Source of the DNA: Hemiscyllium ocellatum
Taxonomy: Eukaryota
Direction of reading: 5' to 3'
Length of the DNA: 64,000 nt
NCBI RefSeq assembly: GCF_020745735.1
Contig: NC_083409.1
Span: forward strand, 11,835,052 to 11,899,051
Under the pieces are notes generated by a model. The model ran no database searches, had not been told where the DNA came from, and saw only the letters and a list, made by a program, of their open reading frames with translations. Below, piece after piece: positions 46,801-60,356 of the stretch; within the stretch, counting starts at the first letter, position 1, and every line of letters begins with the position of its first letter. Position numbers and translations under genes: made by a program.

Positions 46801-49800
46801 TGTCTTAAATACACTCAGTGACTTGGCCTCCACTGCCCTCTGTAGCAATACATTCCACAGATTCACCACCCTCTGGCTGAAGAAATTCCTCCTCATCTCA
46901 GCTCGAAAGGGCCGGCCCTTCATACTGAGGGTGTGCCTTGGTTACCGACTCTCTCCTGTTTTTGGAAACATCTTTTTCACATCCACTCTATCCAGGTTGA
47001 TCAGTATTCAGTAAATTTCAATAAGATCCCTCCTCATCTTTCTAAAGTCCATTGAGTACAGACCCAGAGTCCTCAAGCACATCTGATACGATAAGTCCTT
47101 CATCACCAAGATCATTGTTGTAAACCCCTCCAATGCCAGCCCATGGTTTCTTAGAATATGGGTCTGAAATCTGCCCACAATATTCCAAATGCAGTCTGAC
47201 CAGAGCCTTACACAGCCTCAGCAGTACATCTCTGCTCTTGTATTCTGGCCCTATTGAAATGAATGCTATCATTTCATTTGCCTTCCCAAGCACAAACTGG
47301 ACCTGCCTGTTAACCTGAAGGGAAACCTGAATGAGGTTCGTGCTTTAGATTTCCAAAAGCTTTTCTTATTTAGAAAATAGTCTTTGCATCTCTTCTTCCT
47401 CCCAAAGTGCACACCCTCACACTGTCACACATTGTATTCTATCTGCCACTTCTTTGCCCACTCTCCCAGCCTATCCAGGAGCTTTTACATTCTTCCCACT
47501 TCCTCAACACTACCTGTCCCTCCACCTATCTCATGTCATCTGCAAACTTAGCAACAATGTCTTCCAGATTGTTAATGTATAATGTGAATAGTTAAGGTCC
47601 CAACATTGACCCCTACAGGACTCTACCAGTCATCAACGGCCATTTTTCCTCACTCTCTGCTTTATGCCAACCTGCCAGTCCTTAGTCCATGCCAGTGCCT
47701 CGGCCCTCACACTGAATGCTCTTATCTAATGTCAAAGGCCTTCTAGAAATCCAAATAGATTACTTCCTTTGACTCTCCTTTGTCTGACTGGCTCATTGCC
47801 TCCTCAAAGAATTCTAACAGATTTGCCAGGCATGACCTCCCCTTGATGAAGCCGTGTTGACTCAGCCCTAGTTTACAATTGCACCTCCAAGTCCTCTGCA
47901 ATTTCATCCTTAAATTGAAGTCTAAAACCTTACCAACAACTGAGTCCAGGCTAACTGGCCTATAATTTCCCATCTTCTCCCTCCTCCCTCCCTTCTTAAA
48001 CAGGGCTGTTATGTGAGCCACTTTCCAGTCCCTTGCCCCCATCAGATCCCTGCCCACCACACTGTCATACCCTGACTCCATTGATTCCTGAAAGATCATC
48101 TCCAATACCTCCATAATTTACTCAGTGATCTCCTTCAGAACACACTCATGTAGTTCATCTAGTCTGGGTGAGTTATCCACATTCAACCTTTCAGCTTCGA
48201 TTCAATTCCTCTGCTATTTCTTCACTTCCTATAATACTTTCTCCAGCCTCATTTTCCAATGTCTATTTTTGCCTTCCTCTTCCTTTTTATACATCTGATA
48301 AAACTCGTGCAATCTTCTTTTGTATTACCGGCTAACTTACCCCCACATTTCCCCTTCTCCACCTTTAATGCTTTTTTATTTATCCTCTCCAGGTTTTCAA
48401 AGGCTTCCTAACCCTCTGGCTTCCCACTTTTCTCTACCACATTGTGCATTTTTTTCTTTTGCTTTTATGCTGTCCGTGACTTCCCTCACCAGCCATGGTT
48501 GCCTTGTCCTCCCCTTAGTATGTTTCTTCTTTTTTCGGATGAATTCCTGCTCTGCTTCCTGAATTATGCCCAGAAACCCTGCTGTTTGCTGCCCCACCAT
48601 CTTACCTGCTTGGCTCCCCTTCCAACCAACTCTGGTCAACTCCTTCCTCATGTCTTTATTGTTCCCTTTACTCAACTGAAATACAGATCCATCTGATTGC
48701 AGCTTCTCCCTCTCAAACTACAGGGGGAATTCTATCATATTATGATCATTTTTCCAGAAGGATACTTTCACCTTCAGCTCATTAATCAAGTTTGCCTCAT
48801 TCCACATCACTGAATCCAGAACTGCCTGTTCCATAATGGCTCAACCGCAAGCTGCTCCAAAAACGATCTTGTAGACATCCATGAAAACCTTTTCTTGAGA
48901 CGCGCTACCCAGTCCACCTATCCATTGAGGTCTGCCCTGACATTTTGTATACGGCTTTTCTGTCTCCTGATTGATTTCCTTCTCCACACCCTGATTACTG
49001 CTTGGAGATCTGGACATAACTTGCATCATATTCTTTATTTCTTGCGGTTCCTCAACTCTACCCACACACATTCTACACCTTTTGACTCTATCTCACTTCT
49101 TGCTTTGATTTAATTTAATATCGTACTAACAAGGCAACTCTTTCCCCTCTGTCCATCTGCCTGTTCTTTTGATGGGACATATATCCTTGGATATTTAGTT
49201 CCCAGCCCGGATCCCCTTACAGCCATGTCTCTGTGATACCCACAACATCGTACCTGCCAGTTTCAATCTGCACTACCAGCTCATTGCGTATACTGTGTGC
49301 TTTTAAGTCCAACACCTTCAGTCCTGCATTGACTGCCCTCCTTCTCATCATTATCCTCTTATCTGCTGTGCTTGATGCTCGACTCTTGTTCCTTTCTGTA
49401 CTCTCTCTCCTGGTATGCCTTCTAGAAACCGAATAGCCTCTCTTGAGCCCTCCTCCACTTTAACTAGTTTAAATTCCTTGGAAACTCAATTTACCTCGAT
49501 TTATGGCATCACTTTGTCTGCCTTACTCAGAATGATTCGTGCATTTAGATACAAACCCTTTAAGTTTGTTCTATTGTTCGTTTTCCCTGCACTTTTATGG
49601 TTCCTTTAATATTCAAAAATTCTATCCCTTCCTTTTATTTTCTGGTAACAATCAATCCCATCACTAACCAGCAATCCTACCTTCTCCTTTACCTTCCATT
49701 TTCTCATTTTCCATCCAACGGAACCAAATTCCTTTCTCTTTGGGTTGAGTTCAGGACAATATTTATCCTTGGACCAACATCATGAAAAATGCTCTTTGAT

Positions 49801-50600
49801 CTCATTGCTTCTAGTGGGATCTTGCTGTGTAGAAATTGGCTGTCCCTTTCCTGACATTGCAACAGTGACTTGTTTTAAAACAAAATGTAAATGTCTTTGG
49901 GAGAGCCTGAGGTGTTAGGGGCTCGATTGAAATACAATTACAGTTATGGAGATGTACAGCAGAGAAACTGACCCTTCAGTCCAAGTCATCCATCCTGACC
50001 AGATACCCTAAATTAATCTAGTCCCATTTGCCAGTATGAGGCCCATGTCGCTCTCAACCCTTCCTATACATATACCCATCCAGATGGCTTTTTAAATATT
50101 GTAATCATACCAGCCTCCACCACTCCCTCTGGCAGCCCATTCCAAAAATGTACGACCCTCTGCATGAAAACGTTACACCTTAGGTCCTTTTTAAATCTTT
50201 CCCCTGTCACCTTCAACCTATGCCCTCTAGTTCTGGACTCCCCCACTCTGAAGAAAAGATCTACTCTATTCACCGTATCTATACCCCTCATGATTTTATA
50301 AACCACTGTGTGGTCACCCTCAGCCTCCAACAATCCAGGGAAAATAGTCTCAGTCTATTCAGCTTCCTCCGATAGCTCAAACTCTCCAACCTTGGCAACA
50401 CACTTATAAAACTTTTCTGAAGCATTTTAAGGTTCACAATATTGTTCCTACAGCAGGGAGACCAGAATTACACACCGTATTCCAAAAGTGACCAATGTCT
50501 GGCACAACCACAACAGCTCCCAACTCCAATACTCAATGCGCTGCCCAATAAAGGAAACCATACCAAGTTACTTCATCACTCCCCTACCTACCTGCAACTC
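43880..50600 (-). mobile_element. Stack of CR1 LINE fragments filling the cluster 2 J-C intron (mirror of 2480-10210)
   Basis: ORFs 45893-46459 (ORF1-like), 47042-47293, 47743-48114 (NYRPVSL...FEEA) and 50064-50333. Confidence 0.85.
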
Positions 50601-53356
50601 CACTTTCACGGAACTTTTTTTTGGTTGAACTGGGAGTCTTTCAGATGTGAAAGGTGCCATTCCATGGCACTGTTGGATGAAGAGCAGGCAGTTCCTTCTG
50701 GTGTACCTGGTCACTATTTATCCCCCAATAAAAATCACTAAAAATCTATTTCTCTGCTAATTATCATACTGTGTTTGGGATCTCACTGCACAAAGTCTGC
50801 TGGAAAGAGCCATTGGGACATCCTGAGCTGGGGACAGGTGCTACACAAATGCAGGTCTTTCTTTAAGGTTAGAGTCTCTTGATCCTGAACCTCACCCATT
50901 GTCTGCGCACTCTCACCTTCCAGGAGGCATGGGGTCATTAGGAGCAGTGACCCTGCCTGACCCCAGGTCACTGAGACTCTATGCAGCTTCACCCTTGATC
51001 TCAGCCCAGTGGTGTGCAGCAAGGTTTGAAATGTATTCAAGAGCATTCTACACAGACACGCCAATGTGACTCCTTCCCGAAATGTTTGGATCCAAGTCTG
51101 CTCCAATGTTCTCGGATAAAGTTCTCCTCATCTGTGGGTAATCCGAGGTTTGTTAAAGAGGGATCGAGCTCCATCCCACTCTCCAGCTCTTGCTCCATAG
51201 CTCTGGATGTTTCGCTGTTCCAAGTGAATATCCAAGTGTTTTTTTCAATGTGATGAGGGTTTCTGCCTCTCCCAACCTTTCAGACAGTGAGTCCCAGATC
51301 CCATCAGCCTCTGGGTGAAAACAATTACTCCTCAATTCACCTCGAACCCTGTCCCCAATTCATTTCAATCTCTCCCCATGGTTATTGCCCTCTCTGCTGA
51401 TGGAAATCAGTCCTTCCTACCAATTCTATCTTGGCCCTCATCAGTTTACACACCTTGATCAAATCTCCCCTCAGCCTTCTCTGTTCCAAAGAAAACAGTC
51501 CCAGCCAAACCAATCATTCCTCAAAACTAAAACTCCCCATTCCTGACAAAATCCTCCACTGTCCCCATCACTAGGGGGATCATATCCTTCCTGTAATGTG
51601 GTGACCAGAACTGTACACTGTTCTCTCACTGTGCTCTAACTGGGGTTTGATAAAGTTCCAGAATAAACAAATTTCTTGCTTTCACTCTCAGCCAAAAATG
51701 AGATAAGGGAGGTGATGGCCTAATAGTATTATTGTTGACCTGTTAATCCAGAGATCCAGATTAATGTTCTAGGGACCAGGGCAGAATCCTGCCACAGCAG
51801 ATGGTGGAATTTGAATTCAATTTAAAAAATCTGGAATTAAGAGTCTGATGATGACCATGAAACAATTGTTGATTGTCAGGAAAAAAAGCCATCTGATTCC
51901 CTAATGTCCTTTAGGGAAGGAAACTGCCATCCTTACCATGTGACACCAGACCCACAGCAATGTGGGTGACTCTAAAATGCCCTCTGGAGATTAGGGATGG
52001 GCAATAAATGCTGCCGATCCAGCAATGCCCTCATTCCATCAAGGGAAAAAGAAAAACAGTTTATCCCATGTGTCTTCTGAACCACCTCACTGACCTGCAT
52101 TAATCACCATGGCCACATCTTCCAGCTCCACACACATCTGACTTCCAGCCTCAAGCTGACGAGAGACATTCCTTCATTATCTGAGAAACGGACAGAAACA
52201 TAAAACACAGGAGCAGCAGTAGGCCATTCGGCCCCTCAAGCCTGCTCCACCATTCAATATGATCATGGTCAATCATCCAACACTGTCCCCTGTTCCTGCT
52301 TGCTCCCCACATTCTTTGAACTCATTAATCTTAAGAACTGTATCTAATTCCTTCTTGAACACATACCGCATCTAATTCTCTCATGCTGGTAAATTGATGA
52401 GAAGTATTGAGTTGTTTTTTGACACAATGATCCGTTGGGCCTTTTGGGTCTCTCTGACTCTGACTCTATTATTATATGTTATGAATAACTGGGTACCAAG
52501 GACTGATCCCTGTGGTACCCCAACTGGGAAATATCTGCCATTCAGAAAAAGACTCACTCTTCCTGTCCTGTCTGCCAACCAGTTCTCAATCCATGTCAGT
52601 ACATGATCCCAAATCCTCTTGTTTGTTGGGATTTCTTTGATTCAGTTGGACACAGTTAATCCTGTCTTTGCCTTCCTCAGGTCCTGTTCAATGTCACCCC
52701 TGCATTTTCGATCCTCCTCTGGGCTTTCTGCAGATAACTCCAGATAACCAACATCACCTTCCCTGTTTGGTCTTCCCTACTCTGGCTGCCTTTTGACATC
52801 CCAGGCTGAGCGTCTGGATTTGGGAGTCCCACCCTTACTCATTGTGGGAAAAGATTCTGAACAATCTCTGTCTTTTCTTTTGAGGGATCCCACTGCCCTG
52901 ACATTGATTTCACATCATGGCGTTGGTTCCAGTCCACTTTTACTAAATTATCGCACAGTTTAGTAAAATAGTTCATTCCCAAGTGAAAACGTTTACACTT
53001 GCTCCATGGTTCTCCATTTCCATCTCTACTCTCAATCTCACTGAATTCTGATCACTGTCACTAAACTGCTCCCCCATTGAGAGCTCTTCCAGCTGCCCAC
53101 ATTCATTCCCTAAACAAGAGTCCAAACCTGTTCCTTGTCTTTCCCCATCACCTTCTCGGGGCAATTAGGGATGAGAAATAAATGCTGGCCCTGCTCGTGA
53201 CACTCACTCCCAAGAAACAATTTAAACAATACCTGTTTTTTTTGTCGGGTTTGGTAGGTATTGGATACAAATGTTCAAACATTGTACCAGTGAATGTTCT
53301 GAGAGTTGAAGTTTCTTCAAAAGGCAGGGATTAAAATTGTTTCTCTTGTCTTTCAG

Positions 53357-53685
53357 GCCGTGAGAACTCTCAGCCCAAGCTGACCCTGCTGCCCCCCTCC
53401 CCGGAGCAGGTCAATGCCAAGGGCACTGCCACCCTGGTGTGCCTTGCCAATCACTTCTATCCCGATGAGCTGGAGGTGCAGTGGAAGAAGGATGGTGCAG
53501 TCATTTCGGACGGGGTTCAGACCAGCAACTACCTGCGAGCTTCGGACAGCACTGACAGTGTCAGCAGCCTGCTGACCCTCTCTGGGTCTGACTGGGAGTC
53601 CAACGCTCGCTTCTCCTGTGCCCTCACCCACGTGACCCTCCCCTCTCCCCTCAGCAAGAGCATCAGGAGATCAGAATGTGTGTAG
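53357..53685 (+). CDS. IGKC: Immunoglobulin kappa light chain constant exon (cluster 2), open
   Basis: Acceptor ttgtctttcag|53357. Reads (S)RENSQPKLTLLPPSPEQVNAKGTATLVCLANHFYPDELEVQWKKDG...STDSVSSLL...NARFSCALTHVTLPSPLSKSIRRSECV*. About 8 nt differences from the cluster 1 C exon in 329. Confidence 0.97.
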
Positions 53686-54202
53686 AGTGTTTGAGACAGT
53701 CCACAGAGGAGACACAACTTTAAACAGAACAGGGCTGAGCTGGCAGGACAAAGGTCATTGTCAGCACTGAATGTCAACGCTCCTCCTTCTCAGGACTGGT
53801 CTAGGGGACACTTTTGAGGTTCAGGAGTTCAGGCAGTTCATTGGGACAGCGTAGAGAGAGTTTTATCCTATGTAAAACCTCATGCTGTCCTTGTTCTGGG
53901 AGTGTTTGACGGGTCAGGGTTGACTTGTGATGCTAAGTAAAATCTCTTGAAGATGTTGAAAAGTGCCAGCTGTACAAAACAATGTGAACCTCAGAAGTCT
54001 CTGCTTCAGTAAAACAGATCTCCTTCCTGCTCAGCCACCAGTTCCAATTTTTGTCACTGTTTAAAGGGACAGGATTCTCATGTTACTGAGAAAACCTCCA
54101 CAAGTGTTTTCCTCAAGCACCATTGTGGCTGTGAATTTGAGCAGCTTCCTCTGTCTGGGCTGTTAATTTTAGTGTTTATTCTCCCAAAGCCAATCAAATC
54201 AG

Positions 54203-54208
54203 ATTAAA
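54203..54208 (+). terminator. Putative polyadenylation signal ATTAAA, cluster 2
   Basis: Aligned with the AATAAA at 1038-1043 of cluster 1. Confidence 0.45.
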
Positions 54209-54574
54209 GTTGAAGAAGATTCAGTCTCTGTTTCTGTGTGCTTTGGAAATGGACCACTCCCTTCAGCTGATTGGATGCATTTCAGCACAGCATTGTCACA
54301 ATTGGCTGTTTGGTCTGTCAATCAGTAAGACTTTCGTTGTAGTATGGACTGACAGCTAATCATCAATCATTTTCAAATGATCCCTTTGATCTGGAAACTG
54401 TGGAGGTTGCAAGTTTTCAAACAAAACAGAAACTGAAAGCTGTTGGGACTCTGTAATTACAATCTGAGGCATTCCCTCTTCACTCTTTTGATCCAGGTAG
54501 AGTTGCTGGGATAGTACTGTGCGCTCTCTGCTGCATGCTGGATAGTACCTGTAATGTTTTAAGGCCAGTCACTG

Positions 54575-55190
54575 AGAATGGAGGCTGTGTGTCTCTCTGA
54601 GTTGAGTGTGCGTGTTTTACATAATGCTGCCTGAGGTGTCACTGTGAGTGTGGGTGTGTTATTCAGAGACATCGACATGCAGCACTGAGTAACATGTTCA
54701 CACTCAGAGAGACACCTCCAGGCAGCATGGACTGTGAGCATGTTACTCAGTGCTCAGAGAGTGTGGTGGTGGAAAAGCATAGCAGGTCAGGCAACATCCG
54801 AGGAGCAGGAGAATCAATGCCTTCATCAGGAAAATTCCTTCATCAGGATGTCCAAAACGTTGATTTTGCTGCTGCTCAGATGCTGCCTGACCTGCTGTGC
54901 TTTTCCAGTACCACACTCTCGACTCTAAGCTCCAGCATCTGCAGTCCTCACTTTTGCCTTGTTACTCAGAGCTGCCTGGCACTCTGAGTGTGTGTTACTC
55001 AGTGCTGCCTGGAACTCTGAGTGTGTGTGTTACTCAGTGCTGCCTGGCACTCTGAGTGTGTGCGTTACTCAGTGTTGCCTGTAGATATCTCTCTGAGCGT
55101 GTGTGTTATTCTGTACTGCCTGTCAGTATCTCATTGAGTGTGAATGTGTTACTCTGTGCTGCCTGTAGGTGTCTCTGAGGTATTTGTCTC
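54575..55190. repeat. ~30-36-bp degenerate satellite (GTGTGTTACTCAGTGCTGCCTGGCACTCTGA)n
   Basis: Clear units at 54960-55190; one inverted unit at ~54680-54730; interrupted by a Penelope piece. Confidence 0.8.
54760..54957. mobile_element. Penelope-like terminus with inverted duplicate arm
   Basis: 54765-54815 is the approximate reverse complement of 54860-54915; ends CCAGCATCTGCAGTCCTCACTTT like 29068. Confidence 0.7.
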
Positions 55191-55851
55191 TGAGTGATGG
55201 ATAGAGAATGGGCTTTGTGATGGGAATTGAAGACTTGGCTTTAATCGTCTCAAATCATGAATGAAAAACAGTTCAGTCTGAAATGGTGCCTCAGTGAGAT
55301 GGCCAAAGTTAAAAATCACACAACACCAGGTTATAGTCCAACAGGTTTCTTTGGAAGTACATGCTTTCAGAGGTCCTTCATCAGGCAGCTAGTGGGGCAG
55401 GATCATAGTTGATAGAATTTACAGTGAAATTGAGATGGCAACTGAGAAAGGTGAATACTGAGAGTGTGTTCTCAGTAAGGGAGGGATTTCAGAGGCAGTG
55501 GGCACTGTGCTCCCTAATGTGTTGCCTGATTACAAGGGGATTTTCTGGATCCAGGGTCATTGCAGTTGTGGCTGCCTGCCCAGCCAGTGCTGACTACCCA
55601 TAGTCATATTTCAATGGTCAATTAGCTCTAAACTAGGTGCAGTAATATTACCTTACAGAGAGGGGAGCTGTCTGAACGAGGGTGGTTGAATTCTTGCAGC
55701 CCCAAGGGGGATTGCAGTGGATTAATGAAGGGCACTACCAACATGAAGGTGCCACCTTCTCTCCCCCTGCCTCAGCTGTGGTGACCCTTGGATTAAACTC
55801 ACCACCATTTGGCTCTGTCTGTAATGAGTGAGTGGGACTATGCTCCTCTGG

Positions 55852-56150
55852 GATTAGATTAGATTAGATTACCTACAGTGTGGAAACAGGCCTTTCGGCC
55901 CAACCAATCCACACCGACCCTCCAAACAGAAACCCACCCGACCCATTTCCCTCTGACTAATGCACCTAACACTATGGGCAATTTAACATGGCCAATTCAC
56001 CTGATTTGCACATCTTCGGACTGTGGGAGGAAACCAGGGCACCTGGAGGAAACCCAGGCAGACACAGGGAGAATGTGCAAACTCCACACAGACATTCACC
56101 CGAGGCTGGAATCGAACCTGGGACCCTGGTGCTGTGAGGCAGCAGTGCTA
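55852..56150 (-). mobile_element. tRNA-derived SINE (HE1-like)
   Basis: Same family as 7499-7806, with an (ATTAG)n tail. Confidence 0.85.
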
Positions 56151-56560
56151 GCAGGGATGATGACCACGTTCCTGGGTGATGGAGGGAAGGTCAACCTCTC
56201 CCAAAGGAAGCACAAGCTGGATTGAAGGGGTATCAAGAATAAGCATGAGGAGATTGAGGGTAACAGAAGGAGGGGGATGGTTGGCAGGTTGTTATTCAGA
56301 GTCAGGTAACAGAGTATCAGTCCTTCTGACACTCCCATTTTTATCTGTCAGCCAAGGCTCCCTGATTGGACAAGGTTAAACCCCATCAGGGAACTCATAT
56401 TTAATCAGGAAAAAAAACACTTATCGAACAAGGAGCGAAAGAGCTAAAGGACACTGAACAATATGAATGGTTTGAAAGATTCCTTTACGAACATCGCAAA
56501 TGAGATTTGGGAAAGAACCTCTTTCACTCAGAGGGTGGTGGGAATCTGGAATGGACTGTC

Positions 56561-56890
56561 ATAGAATCCCTACAGTGTGGAAACAGGCCATTTGGTGCAA
56601 CACGTCCCGACCAATCCTCCGAAGAGAAATTCACCCGAGATCCACTCCCCTTGGCTATTTCCCCTGACTAACACACCTAACTAACACATCCCTGAACACT
56701 ATGGGCAATTTTAGCATGGCCAATTCACCTAAGCTGCACATCTTTGGATTGTGGGAGGAAACTGGAGCATACAGAGGAAAAACACACAGACACGGGGAGA
56801 CTGTGCAAACTCCACACAGATACCCGGGCTGGAATCGACCCGGGTCCCTAGTGCTGTGAGGCAGCAGTACTAACCACTGAGCCACCATGC
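56561..56890 (-). mobile_element. tRNA-derived SINE (HE1-like)
   Basis: Same family, with A/B boxes at the right end. Confidence 0.85.
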
Positions 56891-57789
56891 CACTCACAAA
56901 ACAGCCCAAAGAGTTGAGATTTCATTCAGCTCCATGAGTCTGATGTGACACAAACTATAAACTCGCAACCCTCTGTCAGGGAAGGTAGTGGAGGGTAGAT
57001 ACCTTACAACCCTTGAATATCATAACATTCATGGATTTGGGACAACGGCAGGAAATTGGGATAAAAGTGCCTTCAGTTGTAATTATGGTCGTGCAGACTC
57101 AATGGGCCAAAATGCCTTTTCTATGTTGTATCTATGCTGAGAGGGCTCTGCAGGTTAATGGTGACTAGTATCGGCTGTCGAGGGTGGCAAATACATGATC
57201 AAGGGTCAGAGGAAATGGTTTAAGCTTCAATGAAGGCCCAAATAGGAGCTTGGAAGGTGGGTCAAGGCTAATGGAAGCAAGGCCAATGGAGACTGAGCAA
57301 AAGCACAGAGCGCTGGCTGACAGAATGTGGGGACAAGAGGGGAGTGTGTAGGGAGCGAGTACAGTTTCAGATGAAATGCGACCTTTGCCAGCAGCAGCAT
57401 GACCTTCAGCACCAGGGGGTGTCCCTGACTGTGTCAGGCTCACTGACTGCTCTCTGTGTGATTCCACACAGCCACTCGTCTGGTCACCACGCAAAGTCTT
57501 GCACATGTTTATACTACTGGCTACAGCACAGTCTGCACCCAGCATCTGCACCTTCTGTCGATGCGACTGTCTATACACACTGTCTGCAACCTCCGTTTAC
57601 ACCCGTGTCCAAACCCACTGTCTACACCGCTGTCTGCACCCTCCATCTACACCTCCCATCTTTCTGCTGTTGTCAGATTGTATACAATGATTCCATTGAG
57701 CTTACTGCAACAGAAGCCTGAATTTTAGAACTGGCAATGACTGTCCTCTCACCCTGACCTTCAAAGTCTGTCTTCCATAATGAGGTGAT

Positions 57790-58330
57790 TAATATTAATT
57801 ACTGAATGCCATTTGATTTCTGTGATGGCAGGACTGATGTATAAAGAGAGGTTGAGTTGGTGAGGATTGTGTTCATTGGAGTTTAGAAGAATGAAGGAAG
57901 GGAATCTTGTACAAAGGTATAAAATTGGAACAGGACGAGACATGTTAGATGGAGGAAGGATGTTCCAAATGGTGGGGAAGTCCAGAACCAGGGCTCATAG
58001 TTTAAGGTTAAGGGGTAAACTCTATAGGATAGAGATGAGGAAAAATGTTTTCACCCAGAGAGTGGTGAGCCTGTGGAATTCTCTGTCACAGAAAGTTGTT
58101 GAGGCCAAAACATTATGTTTTCAAGAAGGGGGTAGAGATAGCTCTTGTGGCTAAAGATTCAAGGGATATGGGGTAGGGAGGGATTACAGTGTAGTGCTCG
58201 ATGATCAGCCATGACCATAGATAGATTCTTGATGACTGAAGGGATGAAACATTATCAGAGAATGTAGAGTTGAGGTTAAAATCAGATCAGCCATAAGGGC
58301 CGAGTGGCCTACTTTTGTTCCTTGCCCATA
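57790..58330 (+). mobile_element. CR1 LINE 3' fragment
   Basis: ORF 57867-58154 contains RKNVFTQRVVSLWNSL. Confidence 0.85.
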
Positions 58331-58569
58331 TGTTGCCTCATACACTTTCACACAATCGAAGACTGTCATTTGTATATTCTACCTGCAGATTAAGCTGCTT
58401 GTGCAATAGGCCTCATCTGTACAGTGTTTTGTCCAGCCTTTCACCATGATATAGTTAAGATAATGGTCCCATAATCAATCCATTAACTTTGTAAGTTAGT
58501 TTAGTTAAAGCAATAAAACACATTACAAGTCGTGAAGCAGACATTACAGCAAGCAAGAATGGACTGCAC

Positions 58570-58880
58570 TGAGGCTCAGTGGTCAGCACTGCTGTCCCAC
58601 AGCGCCAGGGACCCAGGTTCGATTCCAGCCTCGGGCAACTGTCTGTTTGGAGTTTGCACATTCTCCCCGTGTCTGTGGGTTTCCTCTGGATGCTCCGGTT
58701 TCTTCCCACAGTCAAAGGATATGCAGGTTCGGTGAATTGGCCAAACTAAATTGTCCATGGTGTTCAGGGATGTGTGGGTTAGGTGCAGTAGTCAGGGAAT
58801 ATGTAGAGTAATGGGGTGGGGGAGTGGGATGCTCTTTGGAGGGTCAGTGTGGAGGCCTATTTCCACACTGTAGGGATTCA
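58570..58880 (+). mobile_element. tRNA-derived SINE (HE1-like)
   Basis: GGCTCAGTGG...GGTTCGATTCC boxes plus the family core. Confidence 0.85.
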
Positions 58881-59167
58881 GCGAATTGATCTTGGTCTGT
58901 GCAGCTTGCAGGCTCACAGATGACTAACTGGTGGGTAGAGTTCAACACCGTACATACACAGGGATGGATTTTCTTAAAGGTAATGTGTGCACACAGCACA
59001 CAGCTACTGAACATCAAGGCAAGATAGTTACATTCTCTCTTGTTGGAGACAGTCATTGCCTGGCAGCTGTGTGGCACAAATGTAACCTTATTCATGTTCC
59101 AAACCCACATCTCTATCAATAAAATGCTTTGGAACATTCTCAGGTAACAAAAAGTGCTATACATTTG

Positions 59168-59495
59168 GGGTGGCACGATGGCTCAGCGGTTGGCACTGCT
59201 GCCTCACAGCGTCAGGGACCCGCCTCAGGCAGGTCTGTGTGGAGTTTTCACGTTCTCCCTGTATCTGCGTGAGCTTCCCCCAGGTACTCTGGCTTCCTCC
59301 CACAGTCCAAAAGATCTGCAGGCTGGTAAATTGGCCATGCTAAATTGCCTACAGTGTCCAGGGATGAGCAGGCTAGGTGGATTAGCCATTGGAAAATACA
59401 GGGATAGCATCGGGGTCTGGATGGAATGCTCTTTGGAGGGGTGGTGTGTACTCGATAGGCTGAATGGCCTACTTCCACACTATAGGGATTCTGTG
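59168..59495 (+). mobile_element. tRNA-derived SINE (HE1-like, diverged)
   Basis: GGTGGCACGATGGCTCAGCGG start plus the family core. Confidence 0.8.
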
Positions 59496-60256
59496 ATACA
59501 AATGAAAGTTCCTTCTTTCCATTCTAGCCCTGAAGCATGTGGTTCTGTCTCATATCCACTCAAGAGATGGCAACCCTTTGAAAACAGGAGCAGCCTCTAT
59601 TCTTTTGGAAAGTACTTCTTCCACTCTGTGTCCTTCACAGCCTTGTAGACAGCAACAATGAGATCGGGAAATAACCCAAAGCTATAATCTTCTGGACTCT
59701 TCATTAAACTGTGGAACCTGAAAAGTACAATTAATGTCCAAGTCAATGAAGATATTTCTCAGCAATCCCTAAATGCTGAGGTTTAGTACTCAGCAGGCCC
59801 CAGGAGTCAAAATAACTGATAGATCATTGCTCTGAATTGCTCATAAATGTCACCTTCACATTTCTGGAGGCTTTGATCAAAAAGGTTGCTTACTCCTCTC
59901 CAAAATACAGCTTAAAATCAGCTCCAACTCCCAACCATCCAGCTGAGAGCGGAGCCCTGTACAAACTGGAACCTGGTCAGTGGGAGCACTGTCACCTCTG
60001 TCTCAGAAGTTTTGTCTATTTAAACCAGTGTCTTAGTCAGAGAGTCATTCAGCACGGAAACAGACCCTTCGGTTCAACTCATCCATGCCAACCAGACATC
60101 CTCATCTAGTTCCATTTGCCATGATTTAGCCCATATCCCTCTAAACCCTTCCTGTTCATGGACCCATATAAATGATGTAATTGTACCAGCTTCCACCACT
60201 TCCACTGGCAGCTCATTCCGTGCATGCACCATCCTCTGCATGAAAAGTTGCCCCTT

Positions 60257-60356
60257 NNNNNNNNNNNNNNNNNNNNNNNNNNNNNNNNNNNNNNNNNNNN
60301 NNNNNNNNNNNNNNNNNNNNNNNNNNNNNNNNNNNNNNNNNNNNNNNNNNNNNNNN
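60257..60356. other. Assembly gap (100 N, size probably unknown)
   Basis: Exactly 100 N. Confidence 0.99.

Larger units (their letters stand above)
33920..54420 (+). repeat. Right arm of large inverted segmental duplication (kappa cluster 2)
   Basis: Mirror of 850-17960 with arm-specific insertions. Ends are approximate. Confidence 0.85.

Noticed and set aside
57165-57721. Overlapping ORFs with short CTGTCT(G/A)CAC repeats
   Set aside because: No recognisable domain and no splice structure; probably a decayed TE. I cannot support a call.
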